Position numbers and translations under genes: made by a program. A stretch of 63,969 nt of DNA, filler included, from an uncultured bacterium (lineage in GTDB: Bacteria; Hinthialibacterota; Hinthialibacteria; Hinthialibacterales; Hinthialibacteraceae): assembly GCA_964449065.1 (NCBI GenBank). It is 5 parts of 5 records of this genome, joined end to end, with 100 filler letters (N's around TTAATTAATTAA, not from the genome) between each part and the next. Parts side by side here need not be neighbours in the genome. Positions count along the whole stretch, not along the records: positions 1 to 14,224 come from CAYVAZ010000120.1; 4 more parts are not named here. One strand, written 5' to 3'. The notes below the pieces were generated by a model. It saw only the letters and a program-made list of their open reading frames with translations. It had not been told where the DNA came from and searched no databases. Of the stretch, positions 1 through 9,300 are shown in pieces. How positions within the stretch are numbered: the first letter of the stretch is position 1; each line of letters starts with the position of its first letter.

Positions 1-1269
1 AATGAACCGAGTCAGGTTGCCGAACGTGTGTGCGGCGTTTTGGTTTGACCGGTCGGGCTGGGGGCCGTGACCAATCTGCGACGACGCCTGTACAACGAGT
101 TCGCGGACGTCATCGGCAAACAGGCTTCGCGCACTGGCAACGGCATCGGCAAAATCACCCGCGGCCCTTCGCATTGCTTCTGTCTCAGATGGCGTTCGTT
201 GATAGGCGGCAGAATTCTCGGCGATCCTGCGTCCTTCCGGATGGGCCATAATGTAAGCGCGGTTCAGGTCCAGCACAGAGGACAGATGCGCCTCAACATT
301 CAACGGGAATGACGGAAGATCGTCCCGCGCGATCGCTTTTTCGGTTGCCTCACCGACGTTCGCCAGCCGTATGCCGCGAGAATAAACCTGTGAAATAGAA
401 ATGGAATCAGCGCTGATGGCAGCGTGATAGCGCTGTACGGCATTCAGAAGATCCGTGTGCGCATTGGTTCCATTGAGTTCGTATAGTAAATCCTGCGTTG
501 CCTCACGTAACTCATCGAGCAAAGGGTCGTTCGCATCCGGCGTCGTCGCATCAGGAGGGATCGCCATATGGATCAGGCCATCACTGCCGACCTCAAACGC
601 TGGCTCAGCAACGACTTCCGGAAGGCCTTGAATTAAATCTTCGAGTACGCGCGCGATTGCGGATACTTCTAAATCATCCGGCTCGTCGTCCTCTTGCTGA
701 TCATAGTCCTCGGCACTTGCGACAGGTGCCCATTCAGTCAATCCGTCAGATTCGATTTCATCGACAGCAGCTTCGATGACGTCGTCCGGCAGGTCTGGGA
801 AGTTCTCAGCCAGTTCCTCGCGCGCATCGTAAGGGCCGCCGTAAATCCACTGGTAGCCGCCTTCTGCGCTGATATATGGTAGTCTCTGTGCGGGATCTTC
901 ATAACGCTCAAAGAACCATTCAACCAGCGCGTCTATCCGCGCCTGTCGGTCTTCTTCGTCTATTCTTTCGTCGCCGTCTTCATCCGGGTCTGGCGGTTCG
1001 TGTTCCAATCCAAACTTGAGGTTCTTCAGCAATTCGTGGGGGCCGACATCTGTTTCCCGATAGTTTTCCGCGCCGACAGGATATTCCCATATTGACCAGG
1101 TGAGCAGTCCAAGCTCCGGGTGCTCGACGACTGCTGAATAGGCTGTTTCCGGCCCCATGCTGCGTTCTTCGCTGGAGACGCTTTCGAAATCGAGCAAGTC
1201 GGCATCGATCTCATAGACCTCACCGCTCTCAGCGTGACGGATATGTGCTGTTCCATTTACATAGACCAT
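1..1269 (-). CDS. Uncharacterised highly acidic protein (at least 423 aa, runs off window edge) directly downstream of pAgo
   Basis: Manual translation of the minus strand: ATG at 1269 preceded by GGAG, 12 bp after the pAgo stop, open to position 1 (MVYVNGTAHIRHAESGEVYEID...WEYPVG...WFFERYEDPAQRLPYISAEGGYQWIYGGPYDAREEL...). Absent from the ORF track because no stop lies in the window. Confidence 0.85.
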   Translation of the reverse strand, partial: MVYVNGTAHIRHAESGEVYEIDADLLDFESVSSEERSMGPETAYSAVVEHPELGLLTWSIWEYPVGAENYRETDVGPHELLKNLKFGLEHEPPDPDEDGDERIDEEDRQARIDALVEWFFERYEDPAQRLPYISAEGGYQWIYGGPYDAREELAENFPDLPDDVIEAAVDEIESDGLTEWAPVASAEDYDQQEDDEPDDLEVSAIARVLEDLIQGLPEVVAEPAFEVGSDGLIHMAIPPDATTPDANDPLLDELREATQDLLYELNGTNAHTDLLNAVQRYHAAISADSISISQVYSRGIRLANVGEATEKAIARDDLPSFPLNVEAHLSSVLDLNRAYIMAHPEGRRIAENSAAYQRTPSETEAMRRAAGDFADAVASARSLFADDVRELVVQASSQIGHGPQPDRSNQNAAHTFGNLTRFI

Positions 1270-1281
1270 TCATTTTCTCCG

Positions 1282-2835
1282 TCAGATATAGAATTTGAAC
1301 GGCTGCTTTCCGCCGCCTTTGGCGCTGCCCATGATCAGGACGTCGCCGACTTTGTTGGCGAAGCGGATGGTGACGGGCAGGCCGTCCGAGTAGTTGCAGG
1401 CGTTGTAGTTAATTTTCGTCAACGCCAGGATGTCGGACAGCACCGTTTCAATATCCGGTCTTTCGCCGGATGACTTTAGTACGGTGACGTTCAGAGGGTT
1501 TGGCGTTTCTGGGCCAATATATGTGTCCAATCTCGGTGCGTAGCCGGATGTCCAAAGGAAGGCGTTATTCTGATCGAGGATCATGGCCGCGCCGCGCAAG
1601 GTCGGATACTTTCCGTCCCGAAATAGCTTCACCTGGCCGGTCGTCGTCTTAATTCGAACACCGACGATATTCGTTTCCTTGGGCGCGGCTGACTCGAAGG
1701 CGCGCCATTCTTCGCTTGAAAATCCAGCGCGCCCGTGGATGAAGAGTTCCTTCGGGGGAGCGCCGAATTTCTCCTGATACGTCTCAAGAACCTTCCCGAT
1801 GAGATCCCGGGCTGCGGTGTCCTTTAAGTGGAACTCGCCGTCTTCAGTTTGCCAAGGGCCATTTGCTCCACGGAAGACGATCCCGTCGCCTTCTGACAAA
1901 AACATCTGCGCCGCGCAGCACGCATGATTGTTCTTGTCATTTGGGAGGTTCTTGAAGACGAGTCCAACATAGCAGACGCCATCGCGCATATTGGCGATCT
2001 TCCACGGCGGTTCGGCCTGCGTTTTGTAGTAGAGACCAGTAGCCAGATTCCAGGCAATTGTGGCTGCATCCTGGACGCCGCGGATAGGATAGCCGTGGGC
2101 ATTTGTGAATGCTTCCGGCACAAGCGTTGTTTCCCGCACGAGCTGCGACGTGTAACCCAACTTCAGAAGCTTGGCTTTTGCCTGACGATGGAAGTCCGGA
2201 ACGTCATCGAAGATGTCTTCTTTCGTAAGATCAATGACGTCTTCCAAAAGCGGCAAGTTGCTGCGCTGCTTCTGCCGCTTCACATATTCACCAGGAGATA
2301 AGGTCACGCCGCTGCGGCGGGCCTGGCGTGTGCAACGCGTATAGATAATCTCCGGCAAGACAAACGCCCAGACGTCGGGGCGTCTCTCTTCGTTTTCGTC
2401 ATGATGGCGAACGCGTTCGAGAAAAATCTCAACTGTTTGGGCGACCGCTTCATGGTGGTTTTGCAGGGCTGTGGTTGTCTCAATCTTGTTGCCGTCGACC
2501 ACGTATTCGATGAAATCGTGCGGTTCGAAGCTAACTCCAAATGCCGCTGGCATCCCCGGAAAATTGCTGAGATGGAGACGATGCTCCTTGTCCGTCTTTT
2601 TTGGGGGCGGCACAAGCACATCGCCGAGCACGCCGCGCGCCCAGCGCCGAAAATACTCCAGTCCTTCTATTGTGCCGATGACGCCGATTGTGATGACCTT
2701 ATTGCGATCATCCGCTTTGTGGGGGCCGTAAAGATATAGCCCGTCCTTGGGATGGTCTGTCGATTGACCGAAACCGAAGGAGAGAGCTGGTTCCGGGAGG
2801 TGAATAAGTCTCGGCGTGTCAACGTCAAATTTCAT
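1282..2835 (-). CDS. Short prokaryotic Argonaute (MID-PIWI, catalytically inactive; resembles SPARTA-type short pAgos)
   Basis: 517 aa. Motifs EPALSFGFGQ..DHPKDGLYLYGP, FHRQAKAKLL, SQLVRETTL, YYK..PWK, VCYVGLVFK, ACCAAQMFL, FIHGR, LTKINYNAC..DGLPVTIRFANKVGDVL and C-terminal PFKFYI. The PIWI catalytic Asp positions are not conserved. Confidence 0.95.
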   Translation of the reverse strand: MKFDVDTPRLIHLPEPALSFGFGQSTDHPKDGLYLYGPHKADDRNKVITIGVIGTIEGLEYFRRWARGVLGDVLVPPPKKTDKEHRLHLSNFPGMPAAFGVSFEPHDFIEYVVDGNKIETTTALQNHHEAVAQTVEIFLERVRHHDENEERRPDVWAFVLPEIIYTRCTRQARRSGVTLSPGEYVKRQKQRSNLPLLEDVIDLTKEDIFDDVPDFHRQAKAKLLKLGYTSQLVRETTLVPEAFTNAHGYPIRGVQDAATIAWNLATGLYYKTQAEPPWKIANMRDGVCYVGLVFKNLPNDKNNHACCAAQMFLSEGDGIVFRGANGPWQTEDGEFHLKDTAARDLIGKVLETYQEKFGAPPKELFIHGRAGFSSEEWRAFESAAPKETNIVGVRIKTTTGQVKLFRDGKYPTLRGAAMILDQNNAFLWTSGYAPRLDTYIGPETPNPLNVTVLKSSGERPDIETVLSDILALTKINYNACNYSDGLPVTIRFANKVGDVLIMGSAKGGGKQPFKFYI

Positions 2836-3030
2836 TTCGGCTCCTCCTCTTCATCGGAGGTATCCCCGTCCTCGGGGTCGAAGTCGCCAGCCAGAGTCGA
2901 GGGATCAGTTTCTTCGGCGTCATCGACGATCGGTGTCGTGATCGGCGAAATCATCTGTATAGGCATCACATTGAGCGCGAGAGTGCCTCCTGCGCCAACA
3001 GGAAGTGAGATATAGGAATCGTCCCCCGCC
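2832..3030 (-). pseudogene. 3' remnant (~65 codons) of the APAZ-type partner gene of the short pAgo, cut at the IS21 left end
   Basis: Reads AGDDSYISLPVGAGGTLALNVMPIQMISPITTP followed by an acidic tail, like the C-termini of TIR-APAZ proteins. Its stop overlaps the pAgo start (ATGA). Upstream of 3030 the sequence is the IS terminal repeat. Confidence 0.75.
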
Positions 3031-3209
3031 TGTTGAGCGACAACCACCATGGCCGGTGACGACAACCATGTTGGCCGGTGGGGCTGAACGGAAGACGGGC
3101 ATGGCCGTCTGGAGGGCAGTCCCACCGGCCTGATTGATTTTTCGGGAGTAGGTGCTGGTCGCTGCGGGTTGGTAAGCCGGAAGCCTCTGCGTTCAAACGG
3201 AGGACCCGG

Positions 3210-4718
3210 GTGGCCTACAAACCCATCAGCGACCAGCAATTGAGATTATACATGACAGACCGCCAAAACCACAGTCAGCGAACAGCGGCCGCCCGTGCCG
3301 GGTTCAGTGAACGAACTGCCCGGCGTTTTGATGCCGATCCGACCCCGCCTTCGAAGCGCAAGATCGTTCACGGGCGCACGGTTGCCGATCCGCTCGAAGG
3401 CTATTGGGAGACCGACCTTCTTCCCCTGCTTGAGACCGACAGCGCATTGCAGGCGGTCACCCTGCTGCGCCATCTTCAAAGCGAGTATCCTCTGGCCTTC
3501 CCCGATGATCGTATCCGCCGCACTCTGGAGCGGCGAGTGCGACAGTGGCGGGCGCTGAAGGGTCCCGAACGCGACATCATCTTCCGCCAGACACCCGAGC
3601 CGGGATACATGGCTCAGTCTGATTTCACCCATGCCGAGGAACTGCAGGTGACGATCGCAGGCCAGCCGTTTGCGCATCTGCTTTACCATTTCGTCATGGT
3701 CTACAGCCGCTGGGAACATGTCGGTGTGGTCCTTGGCGGGGAAAGTTTCACGGCCCTGGCTGAGAACCTCCAGCAAGCCCTCTGGTCACTGGGCGGCGTG
3801 CCGCATAACCACAGGACCGACAGCCTGTCGGCGGCCTTTCGCAACCTGACCGCTGACCAGCGCGAGGATATTACCACGCGCTACGATGCCTTCGTCAGCC
3901 ACTACGGCATGGACGCCAGCCGCAACAATCGCGGGGTGGCTCACGAGAACGGGGCGGTGGAATCCCAAAACCGGCATCTCAAGACCGCCATCAAGCAGGC
4001 ACTGATCCTGCGCGGCAGCCGCGATTTTGCATGCGTTGAGGACTACCGGCGCTTCGTCGACATGCTGGTGGCCCGGCGTAACCGACAGCGGGCCGACGCC
4101 GTTCAGGCGGAACGCGCCAACCTGAAGCCTTTGCCGCAGCGGCGCACCACGGACTTCACCGAGATCGTGGTGCCGGTCACCAGGACCGGTGGCTTCATGG
4201 TCAAGAACATCTTCTACAGCGCCCCGTCGCAGATGATCGGGCAGCGTCTGCGGGTCCATCTCTACGATGATCGCATCGAGGCGTTTCTCGGCGCCACCCT
4301 CGTCGCCACCCATCCGCGGGCCCGCCGGCGCAGCGATGGCCACCGCGTCCATGTCATCAATTACCATCACGTCATCCATGCCCTGCGCCGCAAACCGCAA
4401 GCCCTGTGGAACTCGATCTACCGCGACAGCCTGTTCCCCCGGACCGAATACGCGGCAGCTTGGAAGGTTCTGCAACGCGATCTGCCACGACGCGACGCCT
4501 GCCGTCGGATGGTCGACCTGCTCTTCATCGCCCATGAGCAAGCCTGCGAGGCGGAACTGGCGCATCTGCTGGTGGCAGACCTTGATGCGGGCCAGGTGCC
4601 AGACACCAAGGACCTGGCGTCACGGCTGGCGCCCAGGCTCATGGCGTTGCCCAGGGATGTCGCCGTCACCCACCCATCATTGAACAGCTTTGATGCTCTG
4701 CTGGGGGCCAGCGCATGA
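3210..4718 (+). CDS. istA: IS21 DDE transposase
   Basis: N-terminal HTH (AAARAGFSERTARR), QSDFT, HRTDSLSAAF, HENGAVES; ATGA overlap with istB. Confidence 0.95.
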   Translation: MAYKPISDQQLRLYMTDRQNHSQRTAAARAGFSERTARRFDADPTPPSKRKIVHGRTVADPLEGYWETDLLPLLETDSALQAVTLLRHLQSEYPLAFPDDRIRRTLERRVRQWRALKGPERDIIFRQTPEPGYMAQSDFTHAEELQVTIAGQPFAHLLYHFVMVYSRWEHVGVVLGGESFTALAENLQQALWSLGGVPHNHRTDSLSAAFRNLTADQREDITTRYDAFVSHYGMDASRNNRGVAHENGAVESQNRHLKTAIKQALILRGSRDFACVEDYRRFVDMLVARRNRQRADAVQAERANLKPLPQRRTTDFTEIVVPVTRTGGFMVKNIFYSAPSQMIGQRLRVHLYDDRIEAFLGATLVATHPRARRRSDGHRVHVINYHHVIHALRRKPQALWNSIYRDSLFPRTEYAAAWKVLQRDLPRRDACRRMVDLLFIAHEQACEAELAHLLVADLDAGQVPDTKDLASRLAPRLMALPRDVAVTHPSLNSFDALLGASA

Positions 4719-5530
4719 CCGCCCGCGAGATCGATATCCACACGCTGCCCAGCATGCTGACCGCGCTGCGGCTACCCAGCTTCCACAAGCTCTGGGCCGA
4801 GACTGCCACGCGCGCCGATACCGAGGGCTGGCCTGCCGCCCGTTTCCTCGCCGTGCTGGCGCAATACGAACTGGCCGAGCGCGACATGCGTCGCATCCGA
4901 CGCCATCTCAACGAGTCGCAACTCCCAGCCGGCAAGACGCTGGCAACCTTCGATTTCAAGGCGCTGCCAACCCTGCCGCGCGCCCGGGTAAAGGCCCTGG
5001 CGGCAGGCGACTGGCTGGACGGCGGTGGCAACATCATTGCCATTGGCAATTCCGGAACCGGAAAGACCCATATGCTCTGCGCCATTGGCCATGCCCTGAT
5101 CGAGGCCGGACACCGTGTGTTCTATACCCGAACCAGCGATCTCGTGCAGCGGCTTCAGGCCGCCCGCCGCGACCTCGTCCTTGAAGCCGCGCTGGCCAAA
5201 CTCGACAAGTTCGACCTGATCATTCTCGATGACATCACCTATGCCCACAAGGATCAGGCCGAAACCGGCGTCCTCTTCGAACTGATCGCGCGGCGCTACG
5301 AATACCGCAGCATCGCCATCGCGGCCAACCAGCCCTTCAGCGGTTGGGACCAGATCTTCCCCGACAAGGCGATGACCGTCGCCGCCATCGACCGTCTGGT
5401 CCACCACGCGACCATCCTCGAGATGAACACAGAAAGCTTCCGTCAACGTGCGGCCGCCCTGAACAAGACGGTTCAGGCCGAAGCGTCAGCGACAACCAAC
5501 GACGACAACCAGAACCAAGGAGAAACCTGA
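4715..5530 (+). CDS. istB: IS21 helper AAA+ ATPase
   Basis: KTLATFDF, Walker A GNSGTGKTH, Walker B LIILDD, AAIDRLVHHA. Confidence 0.96.
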   Translation: MTAREIDIHTLPSMLTALRLPSFHKLWAETATRADTEGWPAARFLAVLAQYELAERDMRRIRRHLNESQLPAGKTLATFDFKALPTLPRARVKALAAGDWLDGGGNIIAIGNSGTGKTHMLCAIGHALIEAGHRVFYTRTSDLVQRLQAARRDLVLEAALAKLDKFDLIILDDITYAHKDQAETGVLFELIARRYEYRSIAIAANQPFSGWDQIFPDKAMTVAAIDRLVHHATILEMNTESFRQRAAALNKTVQAEASATTNDDNQNQGET

Positions 5531-5620
5531 GCCAAAACACCGAACGACAAACCAACCCCGGCGGCTTCAAAACCGGCCAACGTGGTTGTCGCTCAAGGAC
5601 AAGGTGGTTGACGTTCTACA

Positions 5621-5901
5621 TCGAGCACAGGCTTACTCAGGTCGGGCACCCTTGGACGAACGGGCAGGTCGAGCGCATGAACCGCACCCTCAAGGAGGCC
5701 ACCGTGAGACGCTACCACTACGCCTCACATGACCAGCTTCGTCAGCACCTCGACACCTTCGTCAACGCCTACAACTTCGCCAAGCGCCTCAAAACGCTCC
5801 GAGGCCTGACCGTCTTCGAATACGTCAACAAATGCTGGACCGAAGAGCCAAACCGCTTCATCAAAAATCCAACCCATCACTTCCCGGGACTAAACACTTA
5901 G
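5621..5901 (+). pseudogene. 3' fragment of an IS481-family transposase with its right end
   Basis: IEHRLT..HPWTNGQVERMNRTLKEATV..YNFAKRLKTLRGLT..PGLNT*. Ends GGACTAAACA at about 5896. The 5' part is replaced by IS21. Confidence 0.85.
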
Positions 5902-6224
5902 GCCGATCGTCAATTCCGGCGGGCACTTATTCCGGATTTGTGCGAACCGACCGGACGAAATCCTGGATGAAGGACGACATCACCGAATGGCGATTAGAAC
6001 TTGATAACGTGCCGGGCGGACGCAGCGCAATCCAGTTCCACTTCGGCAGGGATGCAGCGTGGTCGAAAGGTTGCATCATCGTGGGGGCCAACAACCGGCT
6101 CGTCTGTGGTCGCGACGAATGTGCCTTCTCAGACAGCCCGCGCGATGGCATAAGAGTATTGCGCGACTTTGTGACGTCGAGGATGATCGTGTCCAATGAA
6201 CGCGTGTCGGTGGAAATCCGATGA
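5897..6224 (+). pseudogene. 5'-truncated DUF5675-like (L,D-transpeptidase-related) gene
   Basis: IPAGTY...LDNVPGGRSAIQFHFGR....SKGCIIVG matches the IPxGxY / VPGR / HxG..GCI family pattern. The N-terminus of the predicted ORF is IS481 sequence. Confidence 0.6.
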
Positions 6225-6300
6225 CGGAGATACTTTGCATGCGAATTTTCACTCAATCACGCTTTAGTGAATAATGAGGTGCCAGTGGGGGCGAAATTGG

Positions 6301-9300
6301 ATGATGGGAAAGCGGGGATCAATATCGGTATGGATGATACTATCAGGAATTTGGACATTACTTGCGGCTTGTACTGGACCAGCTGAAAACGACACGCCAG
6401 GAGAGGTTTCTGTTGGCGATGGGCGTATACTGTCAAGGAATGTAGCCGTTGAAATAGCCGAGTTTGCAAGCGACGTTCAAATCATTTCCGCGTTTTGGAA
6501 CCGATACAACGAAGAGCGGGCTCCCATCCAGCTGGAAAATCGTGATGAGATGATCCTTCAACGCATGGGGCCACTAAACGACCTTGCGCGTGTGCTCGCT
6601 GATAGGCTGGCGACTCACATTGTCTTGGACTGCGGGATAGAAGAGTTGGACGGCCCGACGCGGGTGGCGGCCACTTGCGATCGAAGCTCGGTGCTTCCGG
6701 AGCAAAGCGTCAACAAAACGTCGGGAATTCATTTTCCCGACTTAAGGCCAGAGGTGGAAACACCCATTGCAGCGATCCTCCGGGAAGACGTGCAGCTTGA
6801 GGCGTATGCCAAAACATTTCTGGAGACTGCGTGCTTTCCCAGCGATGTTACCGGTGAGAACGCTGTCATAGAAACGGACGAGATTGACGATCTGTTCGCG
6901 CGAAATGATCAGTTTGTGCAGACTTTCCAGTACAATGCGTCAGTTCAAGCTTATCTACGTATCGCCCCTTGGATTGAAGCAGCAAATCCAAGTCTGTTTT
7001 CAGGATCAAACGTAGGACTGCGTGATACTGTCGGTGTGAAAAGTGGGGTTTCCTTCGTCGAGGTTTTGGAGGCGATCTCTTTCAGTCGCCCCACCGTGGG
7101 CAGTATATGCGGGGAAAGACTCAGCGCCGAGACTTTCTCTGGGCCCTTCAGCCCTAAGATGGAAAATCTGCTGGAGAGCCTGAAAGAGGTCGTAACAGAT
7201 GACGAGCGATTTGAGGTGTTGAACGCTGAAGCCTTTGGAAACGTGGATGGACTGCGAGGTCCGGACATCAAGGATTATCTGGACAAAAACAATCTGTCGG
7301 ATCTGATAGCGCCTCAAATCGGGGGGCGGCAGGCCACCTTTCAATTTGCCGATCTGATCAGTGCCTTGGGGCCCGAGGCCCAGGAGTACTTTCTGATTGA
7401 TGTGGAACTTGTGGCGGCGTACCGGCGCGCCCGGCAAGATGAGTATGAGTATCTGGAAGGGCTCCCCAGAGAAGGCGATTCCAACGACCAGGTCAGGAGC
7501 GCTGCTGAAGTTGGAGCGGCGGTGCGTAAGTGTCTGGACACCCTGTCCGTGATTTTTGCTGACCTTGGCAAATGTGAGGAAGCGAAAGACAGGATTGCAT
7601 CCCACACGGCGCTGCTGGAGACGCGGGCTCAGCTTCAGGACAAGCGATTTCGTGCTGCTCAGGCTTTGATCTTCGGTACAGAAGCATCCCTTTCTCAAAC
7701 TTATCCAAAGCTAGCCATTGGTATTGGTGTTGAGGAGCGGGCCAGGTTTCCTGATCAGCGTCTTCAATCGGCGCTATTGACCTTCTACAGCGCGGCACAG
7801 GGCGGGATTGTCGCGAAGAATATCCACAATGTCGGATCGGAGGCTGCTTTCTGCCGGTCAATGGCCCAGGGAACAGACGACCTAAGAAGTATCGAGGACC
7901 GGCTGTGCCATTTGGATATTGTATCAAGCGATGAGCTTTCTGCTCAGCGCCTGTTACATACCTTGAATATCACCACACAGCCGCAGGCGAAGCTCAGCGA
8001 AATGGCTTCACCTGGCACAATACCAATCCCGCAAGTTGAAGTCAGATATCATGCTCCGGACGGGATCGGTATCGGACGATTTACAGCTTCTTTCCGGACC
8101 GGCGCCGACCTCGAAGTGCACTATGCCATCCCGACCACTTCGGACATTTCCAATTATCGCGTGTTCAGGTTTGGTGCGCTATTCTACGAAATACCGCTGG
8201 AATTAGAAGCAACCGAACCCTGCAGCTGGGGCGAACTGGTTGCGCGCGACACGGTCGACATGGGCGGCGATCAATCAGCGCCCAGACAACGCACCGGGCG
8301 TGGCTGCCTAGTGGAACAGGGTTCCGTGGCCATCAAGCTTTCAGAAAAGCAGTCGTGGAAACCTTTCCTAAGCAGCGATAACCACCAGGCTCGCCGCCAG
8401 GTCGAGCGGTTTCTGAGCGAGTTCGGTGCGCCATGGCCAATTGTAACAGCCGTTCCTCGTTTTGAGGTGTCGCCAGACGGATTGGTGATGACGTCCACGC
8501 TCGCTCTGGAAGGGGATTTGGCATCGGTCGATGCACGCTCGCCCTTGTCGACAATTCATCTCAATCTCACGAACGAAGCTCCGGACGCCTGGCGCCGGAA
8601 AATAACTGATGCGGTTCGGGCCGAAACTTTTGTTTCGGTCATGAGCATTGTAAATGATGCGAATAGCGGTGCCCTCTCACGCCCGGAATGGTTGGACGCG
8701 CCAGTCGGATACGATTTTGTCGCTGCAAGTTTGGAGGGATTGGATCCCCTAGTTGTTGGGATCTACGCCCATGCCGCTGATCGCCCTTGGGTTATTACAA
8801 AAAGCAGGTATTCGATCGAACTATCGGAAGATCGAATTGAACGCCGATTGATCGCGGTTGAACCCGTACTGATACTCAGTGCTGACGAAATCCTGTCTCT
8901 TTCGGCGTTAAAGAGTGTGCCGCGCCTTCCCGAGTTTCGTCCGAATTGGACGCTGCCGATAGACTTTGGTGGTGCTGGTATAAACGATCCCTCCTTGATA
9001 TCGTTGACTGTTTCCATCGGTGAACTGTTGAAAGATGCGTTCGTTCAGCAAAGTGAGCAGCGCCTTGAGGAAGAGGTCGTCAAGGATCGTCTGCGCCAAT
9101 CGTTGAGAAGTATTCGGTCTGAATCCGCAATGCATGAGGCGCTGACAGGCTACGTAACTGACATGGCGACCCGCGAAGACTACGTTCAGCAGGCTGCGTC
9201 CATCCGCGATGTTCTAACTAAAAGAGACGTCCAGGGTCGACTGGCAGCACTTTCCTGTTCGGGGACGGACGCAGAGTCTCGCTCGGAATACGATGCGTTT

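Larger units (their letters stand above)
3031..5620 (+). mobile_element. IS21-family insertion sequence, 2590 bp
   Basis: Left end TGTTGAGCGACAACCACCATGGCCGG. Right end reverse complement TGTAGAACGTCAACCACCTTGTCC..GAGCGACAACCACGTTGGCCGG. TG..CA termini with reiterated GACAACCA subrepeats enclose istA and istB. No target-site duplication is visible. Confidence 0.92.

Noticed and set aside
30..1256. Several short ORFs in the track
   Set aside because: Shadows of the long minus-strand ORF 1269 to <1
2832..3239. 135-aa ORF upstream of pAgo as an intact small partner gene
   Set aside because: Its N-terminal half is read from the IS21 left end; it is a chimera
5344..5901. 185-aa ORF as an intact gene
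   Set aside because: Chimera of an istB alternate frame, the IS21 end and the IS481 fragment
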